Assembly: GCF_006345805.1 (NCBI RefSeq)
Contig: NC_043010.1
Span: 41,788,001 to 41,852,000 of the forward strand
Length of the DNA stretch: 64,000 nucleotides
Direction of reading: 5' to 3'
DNA from: Octopus sinensis
Lineage: Eukaryota
In this document: piece by piece, positions 52,190 to 64,000 of the stretch
Layout of the letters: each line of letters begins with the position of its first letter
Position numbering within the stretch: the first letter of the stretch is position 1
Notes under the pieces: model-generated
The model's database searches: none
Told to the model about the DNA's origin: nothing
The model's input: the letters and a program-made list of their open reading frames with translations, nothing else
Position numbers and translations under genes: made by a program

Positions 52190-53100
52190 TCATCGCCAGA
52201 GATTTTTTTCTTTTACTATCTGCTTCGTCTGATCAATATTTAGAGTGTCTGCTCTTTCGAGTGGATTTTTGTTGTGATCGCTTTGCCGTTTAAAGAATCT
52301 GGAAATTTGGTAGTTTCTATATAAGTACTTAAAGGTAGGCGTAAGTGCAGTAATTCCTTGGTATTTTAGATATGTGCTTGTCATTTTTTAAACTTTGAAT
52401 ATCTTGGCATTTATCTATTGATTTCCTGGTGTCTCAGATTAAGACGAGCGCGAAGCTATGTCCATTTTTTGTCTTGATCGTGCCCGTGAGTGGTTTAGAA
52501 AAGTGTTTCATTAATAAATTTACTTACCGTTGGAATATGATTATATTTCTTCCGAAAGATGTCTGTTGTGAATGTTATCAGAGATGTTAATGTTGCTTAT
52601 TGTGTTCGATTGACGGCTTTCTCGGATTTGGTTTACTTTGTTCTATTTACTTGCTTAAAAAAAGAAAAAGATTGTATTGTCTTGGTTTTTTTCATTCTAG
52701 CTGTTTTGAATGCATTTTATATTACTTGGTGGGATTTTTTACTAAACGCATAATACAGTATTAACTTCTCTAAATATCAATTCTCTTTGCTGGTGGAAAT
52801 GTTTCAACGGTTGATTTAATTTTTTGATTTGTGAAAATGTTTTGCTTCCGTTTATTGACATATGAATATTATGGTAATGGACTGATAGTAGGGAAAGAGC
52901 TAGAAGATTTTTTGTTGTGGCGGTTAGGTAAGTTAAAGAGAAAGCGAAAGTAATGTCGTGTTTGGAGAGGAGCTGTTATTTTCTTGGTGAGGTATGTAAC
53001 TATGCTGGGGTTGGGTTTTTACAAAATGCGATAAGCTGTCTGTTCATGCATTGCTTTTGTAGTAGGATGTGGTGTTTGCATGAAAATATCCTTCAATCTC
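52190..53100 (-). pseudogene. Decayed Penelope-like linker/endonuclease fragment
   Basis: Fragmentary similarity in layout to 30450-31170 and 50390-50740. Confidence 0.4.
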
Positions 53101-53108
53101 GTGTTTAT

Positions 53109-53281
53109 AGGCGCAGGAGTGGTTGTGTGGTAAGTAGCTTGCTTACCAACCACAGGTTCGGTTCAGTCCCTTGCGTGGCATATTGGGCAGTGTCTTCTGC
53201 TAAAGCCTCGGGCTGACCAAAGCCTTGTGAGTGGATTTGATAGACAGAAACTGAAAGAAGCCTGTCGTATATATATATATA

Positions 53282-53327
<46 letters not shown>

Positions 53328-53565
53328 GTAAACAGTATATTATATATATATTGCGTGTATATGTTTGTGTTCTGTGTTTGTCCCCCTAGCATTGCTTGAA
53401 CAACCAATGCTGGATGTTTACGTCCCCGTCACTTAGCGGTTCGGCAAAAGAGACCGATAGAATAATACTGGGCTTACAAAGAATAAGTCCCGGGGTCGAT
53501 TTGCTCGACTAAAGGCGGTGCTCCAGCATGGCCGCAGTCAAATGACTGAAACACGTAAAGAGTAA
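53109..53565 (+). mobile_element. SINE family A, full length
   Basis: Complete head, core and tail. Confidence 0.9.
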
Positions 53566-53797
53566 ACAGTATAAAGAGTTATATAATTTGTTGAAGTTTT
53601 GAAGTTAGAGTGTATAATCAGGTTTGGACTATTGATGTTCGCGTTATTCTTTTATTCTTCTACTAGTTTTAATCATTTATCTTTTCTATTTGATGAACCC
53701 TACGTTGGTAACTAACATAGACACATGGAAACACACATGCAAACTTACACCCACATACATATACATACACACTTCGCGCGCGCGCGCACACACATAT

Positions 53798-54214
53798 TCT
53801 CTTTTTACTCTTTTACTTGTTTCAGTCAGTTGACTGCGGCCATGCTGGAGCACCGCCTTTAGTCGAGCAAATCGACCCCGGGACTTATTCTTTGTAAGCC
53901 CAGTACTTATTCTATCGGTCTCTTTTTGCCGAACCGCTTAGTGACAGGGACGTAAACACACCAGCATCGGTTGTCAAGCAATGCTAGGGGGACAAACACA
54001 CACACACAAACACACACACAAACACACACACATACACATATATACATATATACGACAGGCTTCTTTCAGTTTCCGTCTACCAAATCCACTCACAAGGCAT
54101 TGGTCGGCCCGGGGCTATAGCAGAAGACACTTGCCCAAGATGCCACGCAGTGGGACTGAACCCGGAACCATGTGGTTAGTTAGCAAGCTACTTACCACAC
54201 AGCCACTCCTGCGC
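53798..54214 (-). mobile_element. SINE family A, full length, inverted relative to 53109-53565
   Basis: Complete head, core and tail. Confidence 0.9.
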
Positions 54215-54289
54215 TAAGCTAAGAAACTTCCCATCACGAAAAAGAAATGGAAGAAAAGGCTACAAGTAAATTTCTTTCTTCATTTTTTT

Positions 54290-54809
54290 CTTTTTTTTTA
54301 CTTGTTTCAATCCTTTAGCTGCGATCCTACTGGATTACCGTCTATGAAATGCTTTAGTCAACAAATCGACCCCAGAACTCATTTGAACCACTTAGTGGTT
54401 GGGTCGGGGTTGGAGGAAAACAAACACGACGACATACATATACATATTCACACACACACATAAAGACATACACGTATTTCTACACAATTTCCGTCTACCA
54501 AATTCACTCACAAGGCATTGGTCGGTTTGGCGCTTTAATAGAAGACACTTACTGCTTCTTAATTACGCAGCCATGTCTGCGCATATGTATGTGTGTTGAA
54601 ACATACATACATATCAAATATATATATATACTCTTTTACTCTTTTACTTTTTTACTTGTTTCAGTCATTTGACTGCGGCCATGCTGGAGCACCACCTTTA
54701 ACTTATTCTTTTGTAAGCCCAGTACTTATTCTATCGGTCTCTTTTGCTGAACTGCTAAGTAACCCGGAACCATGTGGTTGGTAGACAAGCTACTTACCAC
54801 AGAGCCACT

Positions 54810-54812
<3 letters not shown>
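54290..54812 (-). mobile_element. Two further diverged or internally deleted SINE A copies (about 54290-54560 and 54630-54812)
   Basis: Partial similarity to the full copies. Confidence 0.75.
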
Positions 54813-54857
<45 letters not shown>

Positions 54858-54859
<2 letters not shown>

Positions 54860-55161
54860 ACGGGAAGCTTTATGAAAATAAACAAAAGACGAAGGCAGGT
54901 GGAAAACAAACGAACAAATACTTTATTAGTATAGCTGCTAAGGCATCACAAAAACTCTTACTCAGAGTTTCATATTCCTGTTCGTCGGACAGTTCGGTTT
55001 AGATTCTCAACCAAACCTCTCCGACGAACGGAAACTTGAAACTCTGAGTAACAGTTTTTGTGGTGTGTCTTTGCAGCTTAACAATAAAGCATATTACTCT
55101 ACATCCGGTATTCGTGTACTATCCTTTCCACACCTTGTTTCATATTTGTGCTTATTCTCGT

Positions 55162-55193
<32 letters not shown>

Positions 55194-55515
55194 ATATATA
55201 TATGTATATATATAACGGGAAGCTTTATGAAATAAAACAAAAGACGAAGGCAGGTGGAAAACACAACGAACAAATACTTTATTAGTATAGCTGCTAAGGC
55301 ATCACAAAAACTCTTACTCAGAGTTTCATATCCTGTTCGTCGGACAGTTCTGGTTTAGATTCTCAACCAAACCTCTCCGACGAACGGAAACTTGAAACTC
55401 TGAGTAACAGTTTTTGGTGGTGTCTTTGCAGCTTTAACATAAAGCATATTACTCTACATCCGGTATTCGTGTACTGTCCTTTCCACACCTTGTTTCATAT
55501 TTGTGCTTATTCTCG
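54858..55515. repeat. Two tandem copies (54858-55160, 55214-55515) of a ~300-bp imperfectly palindromic element in (TA)n
   Basis: Copies differ mainly by small indels; internal arms TTACTCAGAGTTTC / GAAACTCTGAGTAA. Confidence 0.9.
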
Positions 55516-55569
55516 TATATTATATATATATATATATATTATATATATATATATATCTATATATATATC

Positions 55570-55602
<33 letters not shown>

Positions 55603-55613
55603 TAAGAGAGAGA

Positions 55614-55783
55614 GCCGCTAAGCTAAGAAACTTCCCCTCGTAAAAGAAATGGAAAAAAGGCTAGCTTCGTGTAAATGTTACGAAGTTAGTTTAACTCAGG
55701 ATCGATTAGCATGTAATAGATGTTAAATAAATGAAAAGAATGGTGAACGATTAAAAACAAAAGAAATTTCTTAGCTTAGCGGC
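55614..55783. mobile_element. MITE-like element with perfect 17-bp TIRs; partial copies at about 54211-54265 and 55985-56120
   Basis: GCCGCTAAGCTAAGAAA ... TTTCTTAGCTTAGCGGC. Confidence 0.75.
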
Positions 55784-56129
55784 CGGACATTTCGCATGAT
55801 GATATGATGGTGTCCAATAGCACTGCAAGATAAGAGAGTCTGAGAAAAAAATCCATGTCTACAGCCGGAAGCGGTCAAAGAGTGGCTGGCTTCGCCGCAA
55901 GGTAATCGAAAACTCAGGAACGATTAACGTGTTAATAATATAAGAAGAATGAAAACAATGATGAACGATTAAAAAGAAACAGAAGGAAAGGCTAGCTTCG
56001 CATTAAGGCTACGAGGTTAATTTAACTCACGATCGATTAGCATTTTAGTAATACATGTTAAATAAATGAAAAGAATGATGAACGATTAAAAGCTAGAGAA
56101 GTTTTTTTTAGTTTAGCGGCTGGACATAT

Positions 56130-56361
56130 CGCGTCCTTAACGTAAGTCCGTTTATCTGTTAATCGTTAATTAATGAAGTTAACATTGAAAATCATTACCG
56201 GACTAATTAACTTCCGTTACATTTACCTTCCGTTAACACAAGACCGTTAACCCAAAAACTTCATGAAAACCGGTAAACGTTTAAAAGCTTCTATTGTTTT
56301 GAGATTATCTTTGCATATTTATTATTGTACGCGTCATTTTTAGGTGCTTTTTTCTTACACA

Positions 56362-56398
<37 letters not shown>

Positions 56399-57085
56399 AC
56401 ACGGCCTCGCTCGGTTGGGACTACACGTATGTTACTTTGACATTATCATTTCATCAAATTTGTTTATGGGAAGAAAAATATTGAAAAAAATCAATAGACG
56501 TGTGAGTGAGAAAGAAACGAGGAGGGTGGTTTGGGGATGTGTTAGAAACAACAGCTTGACTTGTTCTTCTTTTCTCCGTTAAATCACACATTTTCTCTAA
56601 AAGTATTAACAATTATTTTAAAATCGAAAATGTTTCTCTCACAGGTTTTAGGTGCATAGTGAAAAAAAAAAGAAAAAAATTAGATAAAGAAAAGTCCCAA
56701 ATCGTTTCGGACTGGGGTGGTGAGGGAGTGGCGGGAGTGAAAAATAAAAATTTTCAAAATTTTTTTGCTTTTTTTCTTCCATTATTCTAAAGACTTTGGT
56801 GGGGAAAAAAACCCCGTCAAAACGGAGAAATTCTTTTTCCAATAATTCTTTTCATATACCCAATCTACAAGATATAAGCGATTATTTGGTGAAAGATTCG
56901 TTAAAAAGTATCCACTTTTCTGAACGTTATGAGGCAACAAAATCGGTGGTACATTAAACTGTAGTTAGGCCTTTTTCAATAAAAGTTAACGTTAACTGAT
57001 TAAAGTTAACTTCCGTTACATTTTCAAAATATTAACGGATTAACGATTAACGAAATTAACTTTTCGATTAACGGTGCCACCTCTG
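56130..57085. mobile_element. Possible non-autonomous hAT-like element with GTTAAC/TTAACG subterminal repeats
   Basis: Dense TTAACG-type motifs at both ends; right terminus CCACCTCTG; left TIR not found. Confidence 0.4.
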
Positions 57086-57624
57086 TATGGTGGCTGCCCC
57101 CTCGTTATCGAGTATGACCATTGCACGAAGCTTAATCAATGTTGTTATCGTGCAATGCCTGTGCAAGAAGATTTTTTTTTAAGTGAGTCAATCCCACTCA
57201 CTAAGCAACAGCAGCCATAATCCGAAAAGAAGAACAAGTCAACATCATCGGTAACCACTGAGCTGCAGGTTTTATGTCGGAGTTATCCCAGTTACCTGAG
57301 TTGCCTTCTCTTAGAAGGATGCCCTGACAAAGGCTAGGAGTCCTTCACTCCCAATGGTTTAACTGCGCGATCGGGTATTCAGTCCGATTATTTATATGTC
57401 CCCGCGCATGATGTAGCTTTAAGACATTTATTGGATGGTCGTTGACTCTCAAGAGTTCCTCCGTCCTTTGACGGGTTTTGTTTTTCATCCCGCAGGGTGA
57501 CCAATAAACACCCTCCTCACCAAGCGAGCTTGGTGGAGTTGCCGGTTTAGTCGCCGGCGACCCGACCATGCATCAGGTAGTACTGGGTTACATGTTACCA
57601 GTAGCACTCGAAAGTGACCTGACA
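57086..57624. mobile_element. Non-coding repeat E, copy 2, ending in (CATA)n
   Basis: Collinear with 13946-14500 with identical ends. Confidence 0.85.
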
Positions 57625-57708
57625 TACATACATACATACATACATACATACATACATCATACATACATATATGTATACATATCTGGATATGAATATGTAT
57701 GTGTATTA

Positions 57709-57759
<51 letters not shown>

Positions 57760-57829
57760 CATATTCTTTTATTCTCTTAATCTTTTATTCACGAACATAG
57801 CTGCTGTAATCAACAACTGTGCAATGGCT

Positions 57830-58010
57830 CAGTTGCGGGACGTCCAGACATTGGGTCGTCTTGAAGACCCTTTCCCTCCAAATTCAGCCGCCCACTTTTG
57901 CACTGTCGATAAAGCCGGAGCTTCATTCCCTAATGTAGCAACCATGTCAGCAGGAATGTCATTTTTCTGTAGGTACTTGATAACGTCAAGATGTCAATTC
58001 CTTTTCCATT
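57830..58010 (-). pseudogene. Mariner transposase N-terminal HTH fragment
   Basis: DIPADMVATLGNEAPALSTVQKWAAEF..QDDPMSGRP. Confidence 0.75.
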
Positions 58011-58528
58011 TTCAAGAGAAAATACTACTGGTTACTTCTGAAGTCTTCTTTAAAAAATCAGATGTCAGTTTACCCGAAAAGAAACAACGCATTTATTAAT
58101 AAGTAGAGTTGAAATTAATACATGCAAGATTTCACAGCTCTTGCATCCATTCCTCCATAGCCAACCTATGAACTTTTCGGACCACCCCTGCACGTATGTC
58201 ATTAGTCAGTTTCAAGAAGAGCCGGTTTCTTACCTAGATCCAACTCTTCTTCATTGGAATTTCAACATCAACAACAGGGTATTTTTCTTTGTATGTATGT
58301 ATGTATGTATGTATGTATGTATGTATGTATGTATGTATGTATGTATGTATGTATGTATGTATACATGCATGTATGTACGTACGTACGTATGTATGTATGT
58401 ATGTATGTATGTATGTATGTATGTATGTATGTATGTATGTATGTATGTATGCATGTATGTATGTATGTACGTCCGTACGTATGTATGTATGTATGTATGT
58501 ATGTATGTATGTATGTATGTATGTATAT

Positions 58529-60670
58529 GTGAAGATCTGTATGTTTTGTTTTATATATGTATTCTCATGCGTATAGCTGCTTATCTAGGTATGCTCATAT
58601 ATATTTAAATGATAAACTTCTGGAAAGTTTTACAGACTTTTACAGTTCCAATGATAGATTGGATCTGTAGCCTTCGAATTAGCTTTCTCCTTTCTGGTTT
58701 TGAGAAGTCTAATTTCTCAGGATTGGTATTTAGGCAGTGTGTTACATATCCCAGAATCCTAATAATTACAGGTATAAACCTGAACTTGTAATCTGGATAG
58801 AGCAACTGTAGATATCTCAACAGTTCAGCGTAGGTATTCTCTTTTTTCACTGGTCCTCAGGTTTATATTAACATTCGCTGGGTAGCTGATTTCTACAACT
58901 GTACACAGTTTCTCTTCTCAGTCCCTAATTATTATATCAGGTCTGTTGTGCTTACATTTTAATGATGTCTTCACTGGGACATTTTACTAGGATTCCTTTT
59001 CATTATGTATGGCTATGACTTCTAACATACAGTGGGTTCTTATTTATTTGTCCTCGGGGGTCATCATTCCGCGAAGTCTCCATCGGTTGTCACATTTTAT
59101 TGCGTTTCCTGCATCTCTATCACTTTTGTGCATCAGGTATTTGGTTAATATTTCTTGCTCCTGGAGTGCAAATGCATACCCTTCAAAGTGGGAGGTAGTA
59201 ATCCGGCTGTCGGTCCATGATAGACTGCTTTGATGATCGTTGTTACTATCATCTCGGAGTTTTCTACTAACATATCCATGCATAGTCTTCTGCTCATTTA
59301 AGCTCATCCTTTCATCTGATGATACGTTGCGGTAGAGTCGTGCGACTTCTTTGGACATGTATTCCAGGTTATTAGACAAAGAATGTTGCTCAAGGAGCTG
59401 CCTTCTAAGTCTTATGATGTTATCAGTCTCATGTATGTAAACTTGGTCAAGGGATGGCACATTCAAAAATTCACATGTGATAGCGGAGTTTCTCGCTCAT
59501 CGTCCTGAGTTCATGTTTTAAAGTGGTTAGCTTTCCCTTAAGAGCTCAGTGTGAAGATTTGCCATAAAGTTTCAGTAATTTTTGTCTGAGGTAGAGTTGG
59601 TGAGGTGTAAATTCATTTTCTCCTTACATTTTATTGTTGTAGTTAACCATCCAATATGGCAGCGCACGTTGTTGAAGTTTTCTTCAAGTTTTGTTTTCCG
59701 TTTAGACTGTTTTCGTTTAGTAATTTCGTTACTTTGTTCACTCCAGATTTCTCCTAGGTGTTCTTTAAGAGTAATAGCGACTGTGTATATAAGAGTATTA
59801 ATATTCCAGTAATTAACATCACATGATTCTATGTGCTCTCCTGCAACGTCGTTGATAACCTTAAACATTAGATCGGTCGGATTTTTTCTCACTCGTGTTG
59901 GGAATAGTCTGTTGCTTCGAGAAAGTAGCAACATTTTTTTTGCTACTTTCTTTACTACAATTTTCTTTAGCAAATTTCTTTACTACAAATATTTTAACTA
60001 CAATTCTTAAATTGTAATTTTAAAATGTTTTGGAGTTGGATGTATTCCGCAGTCATCGCCACTGAGTCAGCTAAATTTAGGGACACACTCGAATTTAGCA
60101 ATGGTGGGAGCACTAATTCGTTTCCATTATTTTTTACGCCACTTCTGGCAGAGTATTGAGGATCATTTGACTTTTTTTTTTTTTACAAAAGATGCTTGTT
60201 GTCGGAGTTGTTTCGCCGTGAAGGTATGAGCTTCGTCCCAGTATTGTTTTAACCGCTTCATATATCCAATTGAAGGGTCATCTCGGGCTTTTTCATAGCA
60301 CCGAATTAAATCTTGGTTTAGTTGTTGAGTCCAAGTAAATGAGGAGAATACTTTCGTCTTCTTAAATACCTTACTGGTGAAGTAGTTCTGTTTTCATTGG
60401 TGGTGACGTTCTTAGTTTCATCTGTGGTAGTTTTAGCTTCAGCTAAAATCGCGTTAGCGAGATTCCACGTGGTGTAGATGTATATGATAAAATCTGTTCA
60501 GAATAGCGCTACGATGGAGAGTAAAAGGTGTTTCTCTTATTAATTGTTGGAGAAATAAACCAGTTACCGATTTAGACTGGAGAAGTTGGCATATTTCTAG
60601 AGGAAGGCGTTCAAAACGGACTTTTTAAACGGTCCTCTACACCTGCATGTCTAATGTTGACGGTACCATT
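58529..60670 (-). mobile_element. R4/Dong-like RLE retrotransposon, internally deleted (RT missing), flanked by (CATA)n on both sides
   Basis: N-terminal WTQQLNQDLIRCYEKARDDPSIGYMKRLKQYW; ALQEQEI; KHNRPDII..VVEISYP; C-terminal QSIIGTVKVCKTFQKF. Confidence 0.8.
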
Positions 60671-60693
60671 ATGTATGTATGTATGTATGTATG

Positions 60694-60724
<31 letters not shown>

Positions 60725-60859
60725 TGTATGTATGTAAGTATGTATGTATATATATTTATATATATCGTTTTTTTTAGAAAAACATAAATCCGGAGAAGAG
60801 AAACTTTAAAAAGTAGAGCAGTAGGGTAACTCTATAAACCGGCCTTCACAAGTAATATA

Positions 60860-60909
<50 letters not shown>

Positions 60910-60995
60910 TGTATACATACATACATACATACATACATGATTGCACGTGTGTGTATATATATATGTGTGTGTGTATACATACATGATTGTACGTG

Positions 60996-61030
<35 letters not shown>

Positions 61031-62018
61031 ATGTTGGCGTGCTTGTGGTTTTTCGTGTTATTTGAAAGGTATATATATGCAGGATGTAATAAATGAGGAG
61101 AATAGGGGATGCTTGAGGAGTGTGCTTCCGAAATTTCCCATGCAAGGCATTGGTTGACTGGTGGCTATAGTAATAGATACTTGTCAAAGGTGCTGCATAG
61201 AACGTTCGAATCCCAAACTATGTAGTTGCAAAGTAAATTTCTTAATTACATAGGTATTGTAAGTTAATATGCTAGAAATAGCAGCCACATTTCCTTCAAC
61301 CCATTTATTTTCTTAGAAAAAGGTAGGAAAGGCTAGAATTATATAGTCCTGGATAAATGTTGAGAAATAAGATGAGATGGTCATAGCTAGAACGCTTTGA
61401 TCATATGTCTGCTTAACCAGAACAAATATGGGCTTTTACCACAACAGATTATTTCCGAATATTCTCTCATGAATTAAATTATCTTTTCCAGTTGGTTTGT
61501 TTTTTTTTTTCTTCTTATTTCTTCACTTCGTCCGATACTATTAATTCGCGTCGATCTTCACATTTTATTCGGTTTATTGTATATTCAGTAAAAGAACGAG
61601 TTGTTTCCCCTTAATAGATTCAATGCTTCTTTTGTCACTCATTCTCATGCGGTAGGACATGCTGCTGTCACAATTACTCGATGCGACTGCGTACAGAACG
61701 AACATAATATTTCTCTCCCTTCTCCTTCACACGCAATTTCTCTTTTTTTTTTTCTTTTTTTTCTCACCCCCCTTTTATTTTTATTGTAGTTATCCATTCT
61801 TCTCGATTGTCTTCTTAGGAAGGTTTCTATAATGTATCTAACGTTCTTCATGCCGAACCGAGCAAACAGCGAGGTTTCGATTTTCGGTGGTTTGCTCTTC
61901 TTTAATTCTACTTATAATCGCTAATACCATATTTTTCATCCTTTGCGCATATGTAAGAAATCAATTTTTTCTATCTACCATTTCTAAAATTGCAGTTATT
62001 ATTTTCAGCTTATTAGCT

Positions 62019-62100
<82 letters not shown>

Positions 62101-62621
62101 GCGACATTCCCCCACCTTTACCCGCTGTTGCAAGAACATCAATAAATACATTAGAATTCCCAAGGATATTTTGCATAGAAGCCACAGCTCGTCAAAGAAG
62201 ATATTCATTCATCGCTGGCTGAAGTTGTAATATCGAACACTTATTTTCCAACTGAACTGCTGGAATATTTCTAGTTATATGCCAAGCCAAACAATGAGGA
62301 AGAAACACTGGCCGTAATATGAAAACGAAATGTTGAAATTTCGCAATGAAAACTGTGAAAATAACGTACGGAAGAAGTATAAGTACGAAAGAGAGAAAGT
62401 GAGTGTGTGAATGAGAGTGGGTGAGCAAGTGAGAGAGAGAGCGAGAGAGAGAGCGAGAGCGAGAGAGAGAGAGAGAGGACGAAAGAGAGAGCATTTTAAT
62501 GCTATCTATCTGACAAGATTACGCATATATTTTTCCTCCTCAAATACACATACATTATTACTATAGTACACACATAGAACACTACTTATGAATTACAGCA
62601 TGTACACACACAACACACACA

Positions 62622-62665
<44 letters not shown>

Positions 62666-63035
62666 CCACACACACATACAACCACACACACACACACACA
62701 CACATGTTTATAAATAATAATTTTATAGATATGTAGATTTATGTATTATTTTTTTTAACTGGATGTGTTTTTCGCATACATACTGCCATCATCCAGGTTT
62801 TATGAACATTGTAATTTAATGTGAAGCTAAAAATCAATAAAAGCAATATTTCTTTTATTCTTGGGAAACTTGTCTGAACTTATTAGAGTCCGTTACTGAA
62901 AGAAAATGTTGATTGAGTCATAAGTAAATTCCAGCAATTTCTATGTGGATATTTCGTCATATTTTCAACAAGTCTGCTTATTTTTACATCGATCCTTTAA
63001 ATGCTTCGTCTACGCAAATTCCAATATTTTCTTTA

Positions 63036-63073
<38 letters not shown>

Positions 63074-63113
63074 GAAAATATGTATCATTCGCATAACCAT
63101 ACATTGGTATACG

Positions 63114-63144
<31 letters not shown>

Positions 63145-63188
63145 CTATAATATATATCATACATGTATACATGTATAATACATATACA

Positions 63189-63229
<41 letters not shown>

Positions 63230-63311
63230 GATATAGCCGTCTAAGAGTTGATAAGTCAGGAAAAAATGCACTCGAATTAATTATATATATATTATATATA
63301 TTAATATATAG

Positions 63312-63342
<31 letters not shown>

Positions 63343-64000
63343 GTATGTATGTATGCATGCATGCATGTATGTATGTATCAATGACAATTTACTCATTCGC
63401 TTGAGTAAATAAATTCTTTTAGATGTGTTTACATTTGTTCTTCTAAATATGTTCATTCATTTGCTTTCATTCACCTTTCACCTTTTTTCCCAAACTCTCT
63501 TGATTTCTCCCCAAATCTCGCCGTCTTTCCTTCAGTACACTCCGTCTCTCTTAGCAAGTGAGCACATTCCTCAGTCCTCAGCTCGCCTCTTTCCTTTTTT
63601 TATTTTTTTTTTCTCTCTCGTCTTTTATTAAACGAGCTCCACATCTGCACCAAGACAACAAAAGGAATCGTTATACGTCCACTCTGGAGTACTGTCAATT
63701 TATCCACAGTTTTACACTGAGGGGAGAGGATGATTCACAACGGATGGTTGGACAGGCAAACCGAGGAGGATGACGAGTAAGTGACAAGCTCTATTTATCA
63801 ATACTGTGTCGTCTGTTTGCTACCTACTCGGTATACGGGCACGTCATCTCTTATTGTCACCATAGTAGTAGTAGTTCCACAATACAAACAAGGGGAACAT
63901 CGATTACATTTTACTGTTCAGTTCACTCATTGCGACACTAATCTTCGGAAGATTATTTCATTAAAGTACAACTTCAGACAACTTATTAGCTCTTAACAGC

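Noticed and set aside
63710-63776. Possible exon with CACAG acceptor and strong GTAAGT donor
   Set aside because: All three frames contain stops; it could be non-coding but is unsupported without transcripts

Overview
AT-rich, repeat-saturated eukaryotic DNA, most likely a cephalopod (Octopus-like; inferred from the SINE families and microsatellite load, not from a database search). No intact protein-coding gene is evident, and most entries in the ORF track are microsatellite translation artefacts. The window is a mosaic of tRNA-derived SINEs (at least 4 families), decayed mariner/Tc1/maT transposons, a Helitron helicase remnant, CR1/L2-like and L1/Tx1-like LINE pieces, several Penelope-like elements (PLEs), and many R4/Dong-like restriction-like-endonuclease (RLE) retrotransposon fragments inserted in microsatellites. 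The most notable signal is a well-formed type I hammerhead ribozyme fold (minus strand, 25651-25709) inside a ~357-bp unit bounded by 107-bp direct repeats. This is a retrozyme-like architecture, and it sits in a co-oriented stack of (TAA)n-targeted Dong-like elements. Also notable are minimal hammerheads in PLE termini, a Dong-like element flanked by (CATA)n rather than (TAA)n, long palindromes, and one plausible acidic host exon (15493-15680). All structures were derived by eye; boundaries of decayed elements are approximate.
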